From Octopus bimaculoides (Eukaryota), in NCBI RefSeq assembly GCF_001194135.2, contig NC_069004.1, positions 21,745,570-21,804,068 of the forward strand: a stretch of 58,499 nucleotides of DNA, given 5' to 3'. The translations under genes and the position numbers were made by a program. Under the pieces are notes generated by a model, which worked only from the letters and a program-made list of their open reading frames with translations, was not told the DNA's origin and did not search any database. Positions 12,351 to 25,461 of the stretch are shown here, piece after piece. The first letter of the stretch is position 1; every line of letters starts with the position of its first letter.

Positions 12351-14104
12351 CAAGAATGAGTGACTGTGCATGTGGGTCAATGGAATTTTATTTTACTTCC
12401 ATGTCCATCAAATCTTGTTTTAATGGTTATAGTACTTCATCGGTGCAAATAGTGTTTCTATAGCAACCAGTCAACAATTAATATAGTTGGTTGCTATAAA
12501 AATGTGATCATGGGTGACTGAACCAATGGGAAATGGATCAACAAGTCATCAGTTCATGTGCTGTTTACTAGTAGCATTGGGTTGTATATGTAAATATGTA
12601 TGGTAGTATTGAGTAATATAATTAACTGGAATTTGGTGGTGTTATTGTCATGTAGCTGGAGATGAAGTAGGTATAAGGTACACAGGTGATCAACCAAATA
12701 ACTAATGACAATTCATATACCTATAGCTGCTTCTATGCTCTATCTCCACCTAGTTAAAGGCCCAAACTGCATGTACTTCTTTCCTTCCTTGGGCCCTTAG
12801 TTCCTAATGAAGTTGAAGATAAGATGTTAGTCATGACATATGATGCGTCTTGAGAATATTAAACCATCCTTTTCCAGGACTGAACCCAGATGATTGCTTG
12901 CAGAGAGAAAGAAACTCCTAGTAAGTTCTGGTATTTTATCAATCCCCAAAAAGGTGGTAGACAAAATTAAGTGATGAGATTTCAGTTCCGAATGCAGCAA
13001 ACTGGAGCAAATACCATAAGACATTCTATCTGGGCATTCTAACAACTCTGTCAATTCTATCGTTAATTATTATACAATGCCAAATGACAACATGGTTAAT
13101 TATTATGTGGTACAGAGTGACAATAAATTTTTCTTCTCTGCCCAGTGACATGTTGTTTAGCCTTCAAGACAGGCCCATGATCAAAGACATTCCAGCCATA
13201 ATCACCTAGTCTACATTATTTAATGTACCCTTATCTAAGACAGTGTGCAAAATTTGGCTATACATAGAGGCTCCCTAGCTGGTCCATTACCATAAGCCAT
13301 AGGTCAGTAAGAGGTAAATATGGTTGAGTGCTGAATTAAATGTCTTAACGTATATTAGTTCCCTTACTCATCGGTCGGCTCTGACCAAACAAACTTATGG
13401 CATATAGGTAATCAGTCAAATAAAATCCACAGCTCCATATTGACTTTTGTTTCATTAATATCCATAGTGTGCCTCCTGGCATGCAAAGCAATGTGAAAGA
13501 AAGGGCAGGTAAAATGTTGGCTGTTCAGACAGCTGTTGCTTAATTCCAGGTCAGCTCTGATCATACAGAACTATAATCAAAGCCAGTCTAGCCATGACTA
13601 TCCTGTCTTTTTCCTATGTGCAAGGAACCCATATCACAATATCCAACATGCCTTTTTCTAAATAACAGGGTGCCATTTTAGGGAGATTTGGTTGTAATTT
13701 CAAACAGATGGTCAAGCACCATTGATGTACTTTTTTAGTTTATTGCAATTTGTTGTGGAGAGATTGGGGATGCAGGTAGAACTGGCAAATGGATCTAATG
13801 TACACTGTTGTTATTGTTTCTGTTAGTCTCATGTGGAAGTTGAGAACTTGTGACTGCTCAAAGTACTTTTGTGTGTGACTTTGCTTTCTTTCTCTGTCTT
13901 TCATGTGTGATGTGACTGTTGTAGTAGTGTTACATGTAACTCAAAATGAAACCACTAACCACCACCCACTCACCACTAACCACCACCCACTCATCCCTAT
14001 CCATCACTACCAACAAAAACTCATCACTAACCAACTTAACATCTCAATTCACTCAATGTCCACAGAAGTTAAATTAAATTTTAATTGGGATTAACAAACA
14101 CATC

Positions 14105-14470
14105 TTTTATGTTTTACTTGTTTCAGCCATGCTGGAGCACTGCCTTCAAAAAATTTTAGCTAAATGAATTGGTCCCAGTACACATTTTTTAAAGCCTTAT
14201 TCTATCCGTCTCTTTGGCCAAACCACTACAGCACAGGAACCTAAACACACCAACACCAATCATCAAGTGGTGATGGGAGACAAACACACACACTCACACA
14301 CATATACACAACAGGCTTCTTTCAGTTTCTGTCTACCAAATCCATTCACAAGGCTTTGGTTGGCCTGAGGCTATGGTAGAAGACACTTGCCCAAGGTGTC
14401 ATGCAGTGAGACTGAACCTGGGACCATGTGGTTGGGAAACAAACGTCTTACCACACAGCCATGTCTGCAT
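14105..14470 (-). mobile_element. tRNA-derived SINE, family A
   Basis: Full-length diverged copy with central (AC)n. Confidence 0.85.
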
Positions 14471-15309
14471 GTGTGGGCTTCTTTTAGTTTCCATCTCACA
14501 AAGCCTTGGGACACTTGTTCAAGGTATGACACAGTAGGACTGAGCCTACAACCATGTGGTTGGGAAGTGAACTTCTGTGTTGAAATATATTATAAAAACA
14601 GAAAAAGAAACTGTCTGTTTTAATTTACAGGAAAAACCACAAAGATATTAAATAGTTTTTGAAATCAAACCTTTCACTCTTAATAAAGTACAGTGTGTGT
14701 GTATGTGGCGATTTATGAATATATGTCACTAAATCATTTGTTAGTTTTAGCTTTATATCAGTCAATTTGTTGTTCACATTGCCAAAACATTAAGTCAATG
14801 TTAGCTTTGCTAATTTTATTGGAAATAAACAACCATTATGTTAAAACTTCTCTTTGCCTCACTGGCTTACAACACTCCTCATTGTGAAAGGCTTAAATAG
14901 TCAAAGCTTAAGCAGCTATGTGTTAGTTAATGATACACACTGAAGTTGACAGCACTGGAGCTTAATAAGAACTAAATTTCCTGGGTTTAAGTTGGCAATT
15001 AGTACAAACTGGTAATTAACTGATTTGTAATTTGTTAATTTAATTTCTCAGTAATAAAGTGGTTTGACAAGGAGTTGGTTCAGCAATGACTTCATTTGTA
15101 ATGAATTAACAGCAAACCACTATTTTTTTAGCAATTAAGTTGTTTTTTTTTTGGGGGGGGGTGTTTGTTTTTTGTTTTTTCATTAAATCTCCAAGAATTT
15201 CAATTTTTAGAGCAAATTAGTTGAGACAATGAATGAAGTCAACACTGAATTAACAACGGTCAGCTATACTAGACCCAAATAAGTCCTTGTAATTTTGTCT
15301 TGCGTTTCA

Positions 15310-15530
15310 GCATTTAAACCACCCATATTTGGCCCAAATATTCTCCCTGTTTTATGTTCAAACTTGCCAGATCTGACCTTTCTTATCAATCCTAAGAAGT
15401 CGTTCTAAAAATAAACAATCACATCATTGAAATCCCAAAGCTACAAGATAATACATGATTAATACAGAACAATGTGAATAAATAATCATAACATTTGATG
15501 GAATAATTTGAATGCTAAAAGGATGAAATG
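15310..15530. mobile_element. piggyBac-type MITE, degenerate copy
   Basis: Aligns with 48911-49133 (...gcatttaaac... to ...aatgctaaaagg). Confidence 0.65.
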
Positions 15531-16173
15531 TCCATCTGGCCTTTGGGCACCTTTAACAGAGTCCACTTTGTTGTAATCATTTGAACCAGGTCTCTGATGT
15601 AAGGAACTTCCTCTTTTCTTCTGACCAGTGAAACTCTGAATTAAGGCCACTGTCCTTCATTCCCTGGCTTTGCCAAGTAAAAAGCCAATGTTTGAAGAAA
15701 TAACAGAGAAAAACCAGGTATCAATACACAAAGTATTGTATATAAAGCATGGATGAAGTACATGTGTGAGCCTTAATAGTAAACCTCAAACAGATGGAGG
15801 AGGAAGAATTTTGACGATAGAATATTAGCTGTAATATCAACATGCTAGTGAACCTATGAATATTAAACTGAAGTGGTTAGATGAAGGAAGAGGCAAATAC
15901 AGAAAGAAGAGTATTTAACAGAGGGGAATGTGATAGCAATAAGAGGTAAATGAAAGGGAATGTTGTAATGTCATGAGGTTAAATGGTTTGTTGAAGAAAG
16001 AGACTAAAAGAGAAGAGCATTTAGCAATAAGGAGTGTGGCAGTGGTGAGAGATAGGAGAAAGAGAATGTTATCATTTGGTCAACTGGATAGTTAAAGAGA
16101 GAGAGAGAGAGAGAGGTGCTTACTGAAAGGAACATATTTGTAATGACAATAGGAGGAATGGAAATTAAGAAAT

Positions 16174-17057
16174 AATGAGGTCTGATCAATAAGTATCCAG
16201 ACTGTTGCCATAGTAATGAAGCTAAAGCACGCAGAGTAAAGCCACCTGATACAGATTGACCTCTGCTATACATGCACACTAAGTTTTAACATTCTAGCTC
16301 ACTTCCATTTTGTACAGCAGTGGTTGGAAGGAAGGTGTGTATCGTGTGATCAGCAGATTAACCATCAGTTGTCATGGTGATATCTGCTCAGAGGCCTACA
16401 CAAAGTTGCAGAAAGTGTAACAAGAGGAGTGTATGAGTCACACACAACTGTACGAGTGGTTCAAACGTTTCCAAGATGGCTGAAAAATGTTGATATTGAT
16501 GAATATTCTCGGAGACCTGCAACCAGCAGATCTGAGAAAAACATTGCAGATGTGCATGCAGCTGTGAGGGGAAATTGTCAAATCACCATCCGTGAGTTAT
16601 CAGAGGATGTGCAAATTAGTTATGGTTCAGTTCAATCTATTATCACTGAAAATTTGGGTGTGAGGCACATGTCTGCCAAGGTTGTGCCAAAACTGTTTTC
16701 AGCTGACCAAAAAGACACTCAGGTTTCAGCTACAAAAGACCTCCTTGATTGTGTAGAAAATGGTGAAAACTTTTTGAAAATTTTGCATTGGCCTCTGAGA
16801 AGGTATGGCCAGGCTTTTGGCAAAATTTGATGCAGATTCTCTGCTCAACTTTCTCTGACATTGTCAATGCGCCAATCACACACTGCACACCTTCCTTCCA
16901 AGCACTGCTGTAGACAGCAGAAGTGTGTTAAAATGTTAAAACTTAATATGCATGCACGGCAGTGCTCAACGTCAATCTGTGCCAAGCGATTTCACTGTCC
17001 ATGCTTTAGCTTGGTTACTATAACAACAGTTCAGATACCTACTGATCAGACCATGTA
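16174..17057 (+). mobile_element. Mariner derivative made of two 5' ends in inverted orientation
   Basis: 16174-16790 is a 5' end plus N-terminal ORF (WFKRFQDG...RRPATS...SAKVVPK). 16790-17057 is the reverse complement of a second 5' end including MSEKVEQRICIKFCQK. Confidence 0.8.
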
Positions 17058-17881
17058 TAATCACACACACTCACTCACACAAACATGTACATACAATATG
17101 ATATAATGAAAGCTGTAGTAGGTGTTAAAGTGGTGGTGGTGGTATCATCAGTGAGGATATTACTTAATGGAGATGGGAATAGCAAAGAGAGTAGTTTTTT
17201 GCATCTATTGAACCAGTTTATTTTCCTTTTAGTTATCAATCACTTAAGCCCTTGCATGGTGATATTAATTGTCGTCTGCTGAGACAAACATTTCATATTT
17301 GTTTATCTCTAATATTATTGTTTCTGTCTATGTATGTAAAATTCTAGCCTTGTAACAAAATGGAAGGCATTAAATTTATATTATTCATAAAACAATTGTT
17401 TGATGAATATTGTAAACTAAATATGATGTCTGTGTGTTCATTTAATCGTTTACTGGCTGTCAGACTGCAGCCATCCACAATCCATAACCAGTAATCTTCA
17501 AGGGTTTAGTGAAGCATATTGATCTCAGTTCTTATTTGTAATTATATTTTGAGTTTGGAACTTATTTCATCAATGCATTCTTATTGAACTGTTATGTCAC
17601 AATACAGAAACAGAGAAATTTTAAGTGGCATAAATGTGAAAGTATACACTCACAAATATATAAGATGAGATGACAAAAGAATAAACGATTATCTTATAAC
17701 CTTGATTAGTTCAAAGCTGGAAGTTAAGGAAGGTCATAAACTTATAGTTTATTCTTTTGTGGTTTTTTTATTACCACCCTGTACTTGATGAATGTTTTGT
17801 TCTGAAGCATTATATTAAGTTCTACACGAGGTTATTAACCTTGCAATGCTTAAATGAAATATTAAAATGCAAATACACATC

Positions 17882-17915
<34 letters not shown>

Positions 17916-18421
17916 CACACACATACATAATATATATATATATATTGCTGACACCTACTTCCCCTCTCCTACCCAACTTCTCTCTTCATTGACACCCTCT
18001 CCTTCCACACCCCACCCCACACATCCCACTCCCACATATCCCACCTCACATCCTCAACCCACACCCCTCCACACACACTAGCACTAACCACTTCTCAGCA
18101 CCCACACCATCACCCACACATTACAAACATAAAAGACTTTCTCACTTTTCTGAGTATCAAACAAACACCTACTTGTTCATACACCTGTCTTCGACTTTTG
18201 TTTTAAGGTAAATTTCAACTATATACACATACACACACACACACACACATACAGATTTTATCCATTAAATTTCCCTCAAGGTATTACTCAACTTGAGGCT
18301 ATAAGAAGACAATTTCCCTAAGTGCTATGCAGTGAAATCAAACATGGCCATAAAGCATAGTTTTTAAGCATATATTGAAGCATGCATCAATATTACTGAA
18401 GTTTCTTTTTTTTTTTTTCAG

Positions 18422-18529
18422 ATACACAGTTTAGTGAAGCAGTATCCACACTTCATTCACTGGGAATGCGGGTTCAAGTTTAACCATATGAATTTTACTG
18501 TGAAAATTAAGATGGAAAGCAGTGTATAA
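18422..18529 (+). CDS. Candidate terminal coding exon (IHSLVKQYPHFIHWECGFKFNHMNFTVKIKMESSV*), product unknown
   Basis: Strong acceptor (ctgaa branch-like site, long T tract, CAG at 18419-18421) and an open phase-0 frame. No homology recognised. Confidence 0.25.
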   Translation: MHSLVKQYPHFIHWECGFKFNHMNFTVKIKMESSV

Positions 18530-18781
18530 GCATTTGCTAAAGCTTTGCAATTGTAGTTGTTTTGAAGCAAAATAATAATATTGAAAACGTCTTCAATTTT
18601 GTTTTGAAGTTAAAATTGTTTACTTCTTGAAGTGAAAAATAATACACAACAATTTGCAAGGTAGAAGAGTGAAAAGTGTACGCCAAGGACTATAGCTTTC
18701 AGAGATGTTGTATCTTCAGATTTCACATGCAATACTACCTGCGTGGACTTTTACACCATCCAAAGAATAAAATGTTTCAAA

Positions 18782-18819
<38 letters not shown>

Positions 18820-18820
<1 letters not shown>

Positions 18821-19242
18821 CTTTTACTTATTTCATTAGACTACAGTCATGGTGGGGCATTGCCTTTTTTTACTTATTCCATCAATCTCTGTTGCCAAAC
18901 CACTAAGTTATAAGGACATAAACACACCACTCTGGTTGTCAAGCAGTGGTGCGGGTCAAACAGACACAAAAACGCACGCACACACACACACACGCACACA
19001 CACACACACACATATAGTGTATTGTTCTGTGATGGTAAGATCAACAAAAAGTACTTCATCTGGTGAGAGACAAATATTTAATAAACATGGTATATATTTT
19101 TATGGGCTACTATTAGTTTCATGTGCTGATAACATGCCAAACATTGTTTTATAATATATCTGGCGTCCCAGCACAATCATCAGATAATGCCCACATGGCA
19201 TAATGAACAAAAATTGGGACGAGAGAAAAGGTGAGAAGGAAG

Positions 19243-19284
<42 letters not shown>

Positions 19285-20432
19285 ATGTGGTAAGTTGAAA
19301 AACCAGGAAATGAAAAATTAATCTGAATGAAACAAGACAATAAATTATAAGGCTGGAAAGATAGTGGCTTAGATGCTATGGTACAGTTATTTAATTTGAT
19401 GGTGGAGGTACTTCCCAATTCTTCAACAGGAACTTAGGCATATGCTTACAACCATTGAAAATTTCAGATCTAGAGTTCAGCAGTGAGAATTTTTAGATCT
19501 GAAAAGGATCCGAGTTCTTTCAGCTACACATAGCTTACATTTTTTTTGATCCATTAACATATGGTATGCATTTTTTGACAATTTTCAACTTTATTGTATG
19601 TGGTGTTGCATTCAATATCAAATTCCATACATGGCTAACCAATTTAGTAGCTTTACTTTTGTCTTTGTTTGGAAGGAAGATGTGTGATTAGCATAAAGAT
19701 TCATGAATTCTCCTTCACATAGTCCAATATAGCTCTTCTTACCAGTTGTGTTATTATTCAGCATTGCAGTAACTTCAGCCTGATATATGACAGATTTAAT
19801 CATACATCGCCAGTTGAGTGGACAGGTTCCTGGGTCTTGACAGTTACAACTATGAGTGGGCTCTTGGTGTTGGTCTTGAGTAATGATACACTTCAAATTG
19901 GGGCAGCAGCTATATGATAATTTCACAGATTGCCTGTTAAATATTTTCCTGTGATTTTCTGGAAAATGTTTGTCTAGGAGAGACAGTAATCTTTTACCTG
20001 TGTTAGTTTTTACGTTAATGGAAAGGGGGGGGGACCAAATAATTTTCCTAGATCTACTTTTAGGTTCATTATTATTATTCTGATTAATATTGGAGTTTTA
20101 TATATTAATTCATCTTTAAAGCCACTATTATCTTTTTAGTTCATTATGCCATGTGGACAGTGTCTGATAATTGTGCTAGGACACCAGATGTGTTACAAAA
20201 CAATGTTTGGCATGTTCTCAGCCCATGAAACTAATAGTAGCACATAAAAACATATATTGTATTTATTCAATAATATATATATATATATATGATGGGCTTC
20301 TTTCAGTTTCCATCAACCAAATCCACTCACAAGGCTTTAGTCGGCCTGAGGCACTTGTGAAAGGTGCCATGCAGTGGGACTGAACAAGAAAGCATGTGGT
20401 TGAGAAGCAAACTTCTTATAACTCAGCCATAT
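18820..20432 (-). mobile_element. Family A SINE split by a Penelope insertion
   Basis: 3' half at 18820-19015 and 5' half at 20290-20432. The PLE lies in the central microsatellite. Confidence 0.8.
19016..20275 (-). mobile_element. Penelope-like element: GIY-YIG fragment with sense pLTR and inverted upstream pLTR
   Basis: CNCQDPGTCPLNWRC...VIYQAEV...YIGLCEGEF...NHTSSF, then CKLCVAERTRIL...LLNSRSEIFNGCKH. 19016-19260 (-) and ~20100-20275 (+) are inverted copies, each with an HHR motif. Confidence 0.9.
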
Positions 20433-20490
20433 GCATCCCTTATTATATATCATAGAGTAGCAAAGTTTCCATGATGCATTATGTAATACA

Positions 20491-20947
20491 TTCTTTTATT
20501 TCAGTCATTTGACTATGGCCAGGCTGAAGCACTGCCTTTAGTCGAACAAATCAACCCCAAGACTTCTTCTTTGTAAGCCTAGTACTTATTTTATTGGTCT
20601 CTTTTGCCAAACTGCTCAGTTACAGAGATGTAAACACACTAACATCAGTCATCAAGTAATGGTGGGGGAGACAAACATACAAACACACAAATACATACAT
20701 ACATACATACATACAAATACACAAATACATACATATATACACACATACAGACACACACACACATACATACATACATACATATACAACAGTTTTCTTTCAG
20801 TTTCCGTCTACCAAATCCACTCATAAGGCTTTGGTCAGCCTGAGGCTATAGTAGAAGACACTTGCCCAAGGTGCCACGCAGTGGGACTGAACCTGGAACC
20901 ATGTGGTTAGGAAGCAAGCTTCTTACCACACAGCCATGCTTGCACCT
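20491..20947 (-). mobile_element. tRNA-derived SINE, family A, full length
   Basis: Head, core, (ATAC)n centre and tail all present. Confidence 0.9.
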
Positions 20948-20963
20948 GAAATATTTAAAATAA

Positions 20964-21210
20964 TTTTCTAAAGCCAAAGTAATGCAATTTATAAAACATT
21001 AATAATACAGATCGATGGTTAACACTATCACTTGACATTTCAATATTTCAGGGCTAAAATGTCTTCTTCAGGATATTTAGAGAGAAAGTGTTGGTAGCTG
21101 ATGTCTATCAACACCTTTTCTCCGTAGATTCCCTGAAGGAGTCCTAACCCTGAAATATTGAAACGTCAGGTAACAGTATTAAACCATTGCATTGTTTTGG
21201 CTTTAGAAAA
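20964..21210. repeat. ~250-bp palindrome with a hammerhead motif in each arm
   Basis: ttttctaaagccaaa (20964) and tttggctttagaaaa (21196) are perfect complements. The arms meet at gtgttggtag-ctgatgt-ctatcaacac. Confidence 0.85.
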
Positions 21211-21336
21211 ATGCTCAAAATAACACACACACATAATTTCAACAGAAATCAAATATTTTATAATCCTCTACAACCTCACCACCATCTTACAGTTTTCAAA
21301 ATAAATGCAGTATTTCTACAAGTACAACTAGTGAAG

Positions 21337-21444
<108 letters not shown>

Positions 21445-22486
21445 ATGCATAATGAAAATAAAATAAACAAAATAAAACAGTAGTTATAAACTTCATTCAT
21501 TTCTCATCCATTTTACAGACATGACTATGGAAATAATTATAAACTACAACACATTTATATAAGTTTAATATACCAAGTTTTTTTTTTTATTATTGTTTAT
21601 CCCATCATATAACAAAGGAATTGTTTCCCACCAAGTTTTTCTTTTCAAGTTTGTTTTTCTCAACACCCAATCAAAGCACACAAGTGTACTCTCTCTGTGT
21701 CCACCCCAATCATTATGTGTGCGTGTGTTCTTCCCCTCCTCCTCCTCCTCTCTCTCTCTCCACCCATTACTAAAGCCGCCACCACCACCAATACCACTGT
21801 TACTACACTAACAAATATTTGAACTCTATTTGTCACCATAAAAAATGTTAATCACTCTTTCTGGGTGAGAGTGAGTTATTTGTTATCTAACAACAATGAC
21901 AACAACAACAAAGATAAAAAGAAACAAGATAAAAAGAAAAAAAAGATACTGAAACAAACAACCCAATATCATTGTTATGAAGAAAAAAAACATACCGTTA
22001 AACCATTTTACAGAAATTACCAGAATTAGTGACACTCCTTGATGAAGTTAGTCATTTGGAGAGGTTATTCAAGAGTTAAAAAAAAAATTGTTTTCACATT
22101 TCACATAAACCATGGGATTGTAAGGAGAGGAGTGTGTGGTCGCTTGCATTGTTAGAAATAGTAAACAAATCTTTTTCAAATTACATCTTTTATTTGTTTC
22201 AGTCATCAGAGTACGGCCATACTGGGGCACTGCCTTGATGAATTTTAGTCAAACAAATCAACCCCAGTACTTTTATTTTGAGCTTGGTACTTATTCTATC
22301 AGATCCTTTTTGCCAAAATGCTAAGTTACAGGGACATAAACTCAACAACACTGGTTGCCAAGCACTGGTGGGGGATATCCTCACATACACGCACACTATA
22401 TGTAAGTGTGTGTGTATATATATGTGTGTGTGTGTGAGTGTATATATATATATATATATATATATACATACAAACACACACACACA

Positions 22487-22891
22487 CAGGGATACCTTGG
22501 CTTAAGTCATTTCGATTTATGTTGTTCTTGACTACAAATCAGTTTTCAAAAATAATATATGGAAAAAAAACATCATGTTAAGTCATTTTACTTGACTTTA
22601 CATCTGTCCATCACAAATATTGAAATCGTAAAATCACTAGAAAACCGTTAAAAGCGCATAAAATCATGTTACTTTACAATAAATAAGAATAAAAGTATAT
22701 AAAATCATATTAAAATACATAGGCGTAGGAGTGGCTGTGTGGTAAGTAGCTAGCTTACCAACCACATGGTCCCGGGTTCAGTCCCACTGCACGGCATCTT
22801 GGGCAAGTGTCTTCTACTATAGCCTCAGGCCAACCAAAGCCTTGTGAGTGGATTTGGTAGACGGAAACTGAAAGAAGCCCGTCGTATATAT

Positions 22892-22927
<36 letters not shown>

Positions 22928-25461
22928 ATGTTTGTATGTGTGTGTTTGTCCCCCCAACATCGCTTGACAAGCGGTTCGGCTAAAGAGATCGATAGAATAA
23001 GTACTAGGCTTCTAAAGAATAAGTCCTGGGGTCGATTTGCTCGACTAAAAGGCGGTGCTCAAGCATGGCCACAGTCAAAAGACTGAAACAAGTAAAAGAG
23101 TAAAAGAGAGAGTAAATGTTAAGATACACACCATAAAATAGTGTAGCTTAGTGAACGAAATCATGAAATAAGCTGTGTTGTCTTCTTTATCAGTCTTTCA
23201 GAGCTCATATTGCACTGTAGTTCCAATATCTACCATCATTGTCACTTGTGATTCTGGGAATTGTTTTAAATTCAGATATGTTTACAAGTGTTTATCAGCT
23301 ACTTTCTCATTTATTTGTGACTTTATTTTTTGCCCTCATGGCTCCTGAGAAAATTCATAGTGAAAGTGCTAAGCGTCATGCTATAATGCTGGAAGATAAA
23401 CTGGCCATGATAAAATGCCATGAGAAAGGTGAAAGAGAGGTAGTAATTGCACAATCTTTTAGAATGAGTCAGACAACTGTATCAATGATTGTACATAATA
23501 AGGACAAGATTTTGGCACATATCAAACCTGAAGCCTCAGGGATGAAGAACACTGTCATCAATAAGGGGCAAAATCTTTAAAGAAATGGAAAGTCTTCTTT
23601 CTCTTTGGATTGTTAGGTTGAATCATCAGCACACTACTATTAGTCAAGAATCATTCAAAAGAAAGCGTTGTCTTTGTTTGAGGACCTGAAGAAAAAATAT
23701 CCAGATGAGAAAGATGTTGAGTTCAAGGCAAGTCAAGGATGGTTCATGAGATTTAAGGAGTGAAGAAGTTATCACTCCATTAAGAAGCAAGATGAAAGTG
23801 CATCAGCTGACGAACAAGCATTAAAGAAAATTGTTGAAGGAAACGGGTTTCTTCCCGAACAGATTTTTAACATAGACGAAACTGGATTGTATTGGAAAAA
23901 ATTGCCAGACCTTTCATTCATTTCCAAAGAGGAGAAAACTATTCTAGGCTACAAGGTCTCAAAAGAACATGTAACCTTTATGTTGGGAGGTAATTGTGCA
24001 GGAGATTTTAAGCTAAAGTCATTGCTTGTGTATCATGCACACAAACCCCATGGCCTGAAGAACATACCCAAGCAATCTCTCCCTGTGATATGGATGACTA
24101 ATTTGAAAACATGGGTTACTGCTGTTATTTTTGAAGACTGGTTCTTCAATCATTTTATCCTAGCAACAGAGAAGTACTGTAAGGAGAAGGGGATTCCTTT
24201 TAAGGTTTTACTTATCTTAGATAATGCTCCTGGCTGCTCGCAAAACATCATAGATTTTGACCCTGTTACCATCGTATAGCTCCCTCTGAACACCACATCT
24301 CTTCTGCAGCCAATGGATCAGGGAATAATTGCTATCTTGAAGCGTTACTATATGAAGAGTATGCTGCAGCAAGCAATAGCTGCAACTGATCTTAAAAGAG
24401 ATACGATATCTACAAGGCTGTACAGAACATAGCAGCAACATGAAATGATGTACAGAGCATGGCTATGAATGGTGTATAGGAGAAGCTATGCCCACAATTC
24501 ATCAATGATTTTAAGGGTTTTGATAATGCTATCATCAACAAAACGTTGATGACTATGAGCAAAGAACTGGAAATGGATTTGGAGGATTTCACAGATTTAT
24601 TTGTAAAAGACAAGCAGTCTCTGATGAACAAGGATTTGATAGAGCTTCACAAGCATCAAAATAAAAAAGAGGAAGTCAAACCTGAGTCACATCACTTTAC
24701 CATTAAGAAAATGCAGCAAGCATTTGCATAAATCAAAAAAGGTCTATCTATGTTCGCAGATATGGATCCAAATGCTCAACACTTTTCCAAGATTATAGGG
24801 GCCTGTCACAGAGCTTTTGCTCCTTATAATATAATCCTTTAGGAAAAGAAGAAGACAGTTCAAGGAACTCTCAACTGTTTTTTTAAGCGCATTGAACATC
24901 AAGAACAGCTAGAGTCAGCTGTTGATGATCCACAGCCATCTGCATCCACAATGTAAACCACCAAATTGTATGTACGTATTGGTAAATTTAAAATAATTTA
25001 GTATTTCTTACTATTGCAAAATAATAATAATTACTGAATTTAAGCTTAAAAAAGGCTTTTATTTTACCTTGTCTTATTGCAAACCACAGATTGAACCCAG
25101 TACATTTTTTTTTAAAGTTTTGTACTTATTCTATTGATTCTTTTTTGCCTACTGCTAAGTTACAGGGATGTAAACAAACTACATCCATGATGTATGGTAA
25201 ACAGTGCCAAATTGTATTTGCAAATTTAGATTTTTTTTTTTTTTACTGTAGTGTATCAAAAAATAAAAATTATTTGTTTGTAAGCTTAAAATAGGTTTTT
25301 ATTAACCAATTATTATTGAAAATGCATTCATAAATAAAATACAGAACTGGAAATGGTTATTATCAGTTTAGCCTAGAGACAAGTTAATTCGACTTAAGTC
25401 ATTTTACAACCTAAGTCATGTCTCCTGGACCAATTAACGATGTAGGGTGAGGTGTGCCTGT
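22487..25461 (+). mobile_element. Tigger/pogo DNA transposon (TIGD1-like transposase pseudogene ~23335-24955)
   Basis: Ends cagggatacctt... and ...gaggtgtgcctg|ta. CENP-B-type HTH, FKASQGWF, FNIDETGLYWK, LILDNAPG and LQPMDQGII motifs, with several stops. Confidence 0.93.
22720..23110 (+). mobile_element. Young family A SINE nested in the Tigger
   Basis: A-box-like ggctgtgtggtaag, B-box-like ggttcagtccc, (AT)n(GT)n centre and (taaaagag)n tail. CpGs retained. Confidence 0.95.

Noticed and set aside
22720-22800. tRNA-like A/B boxes
   Set aside because: SINE heads without a cloverleaf or acceptor stem; not tRNA genes.
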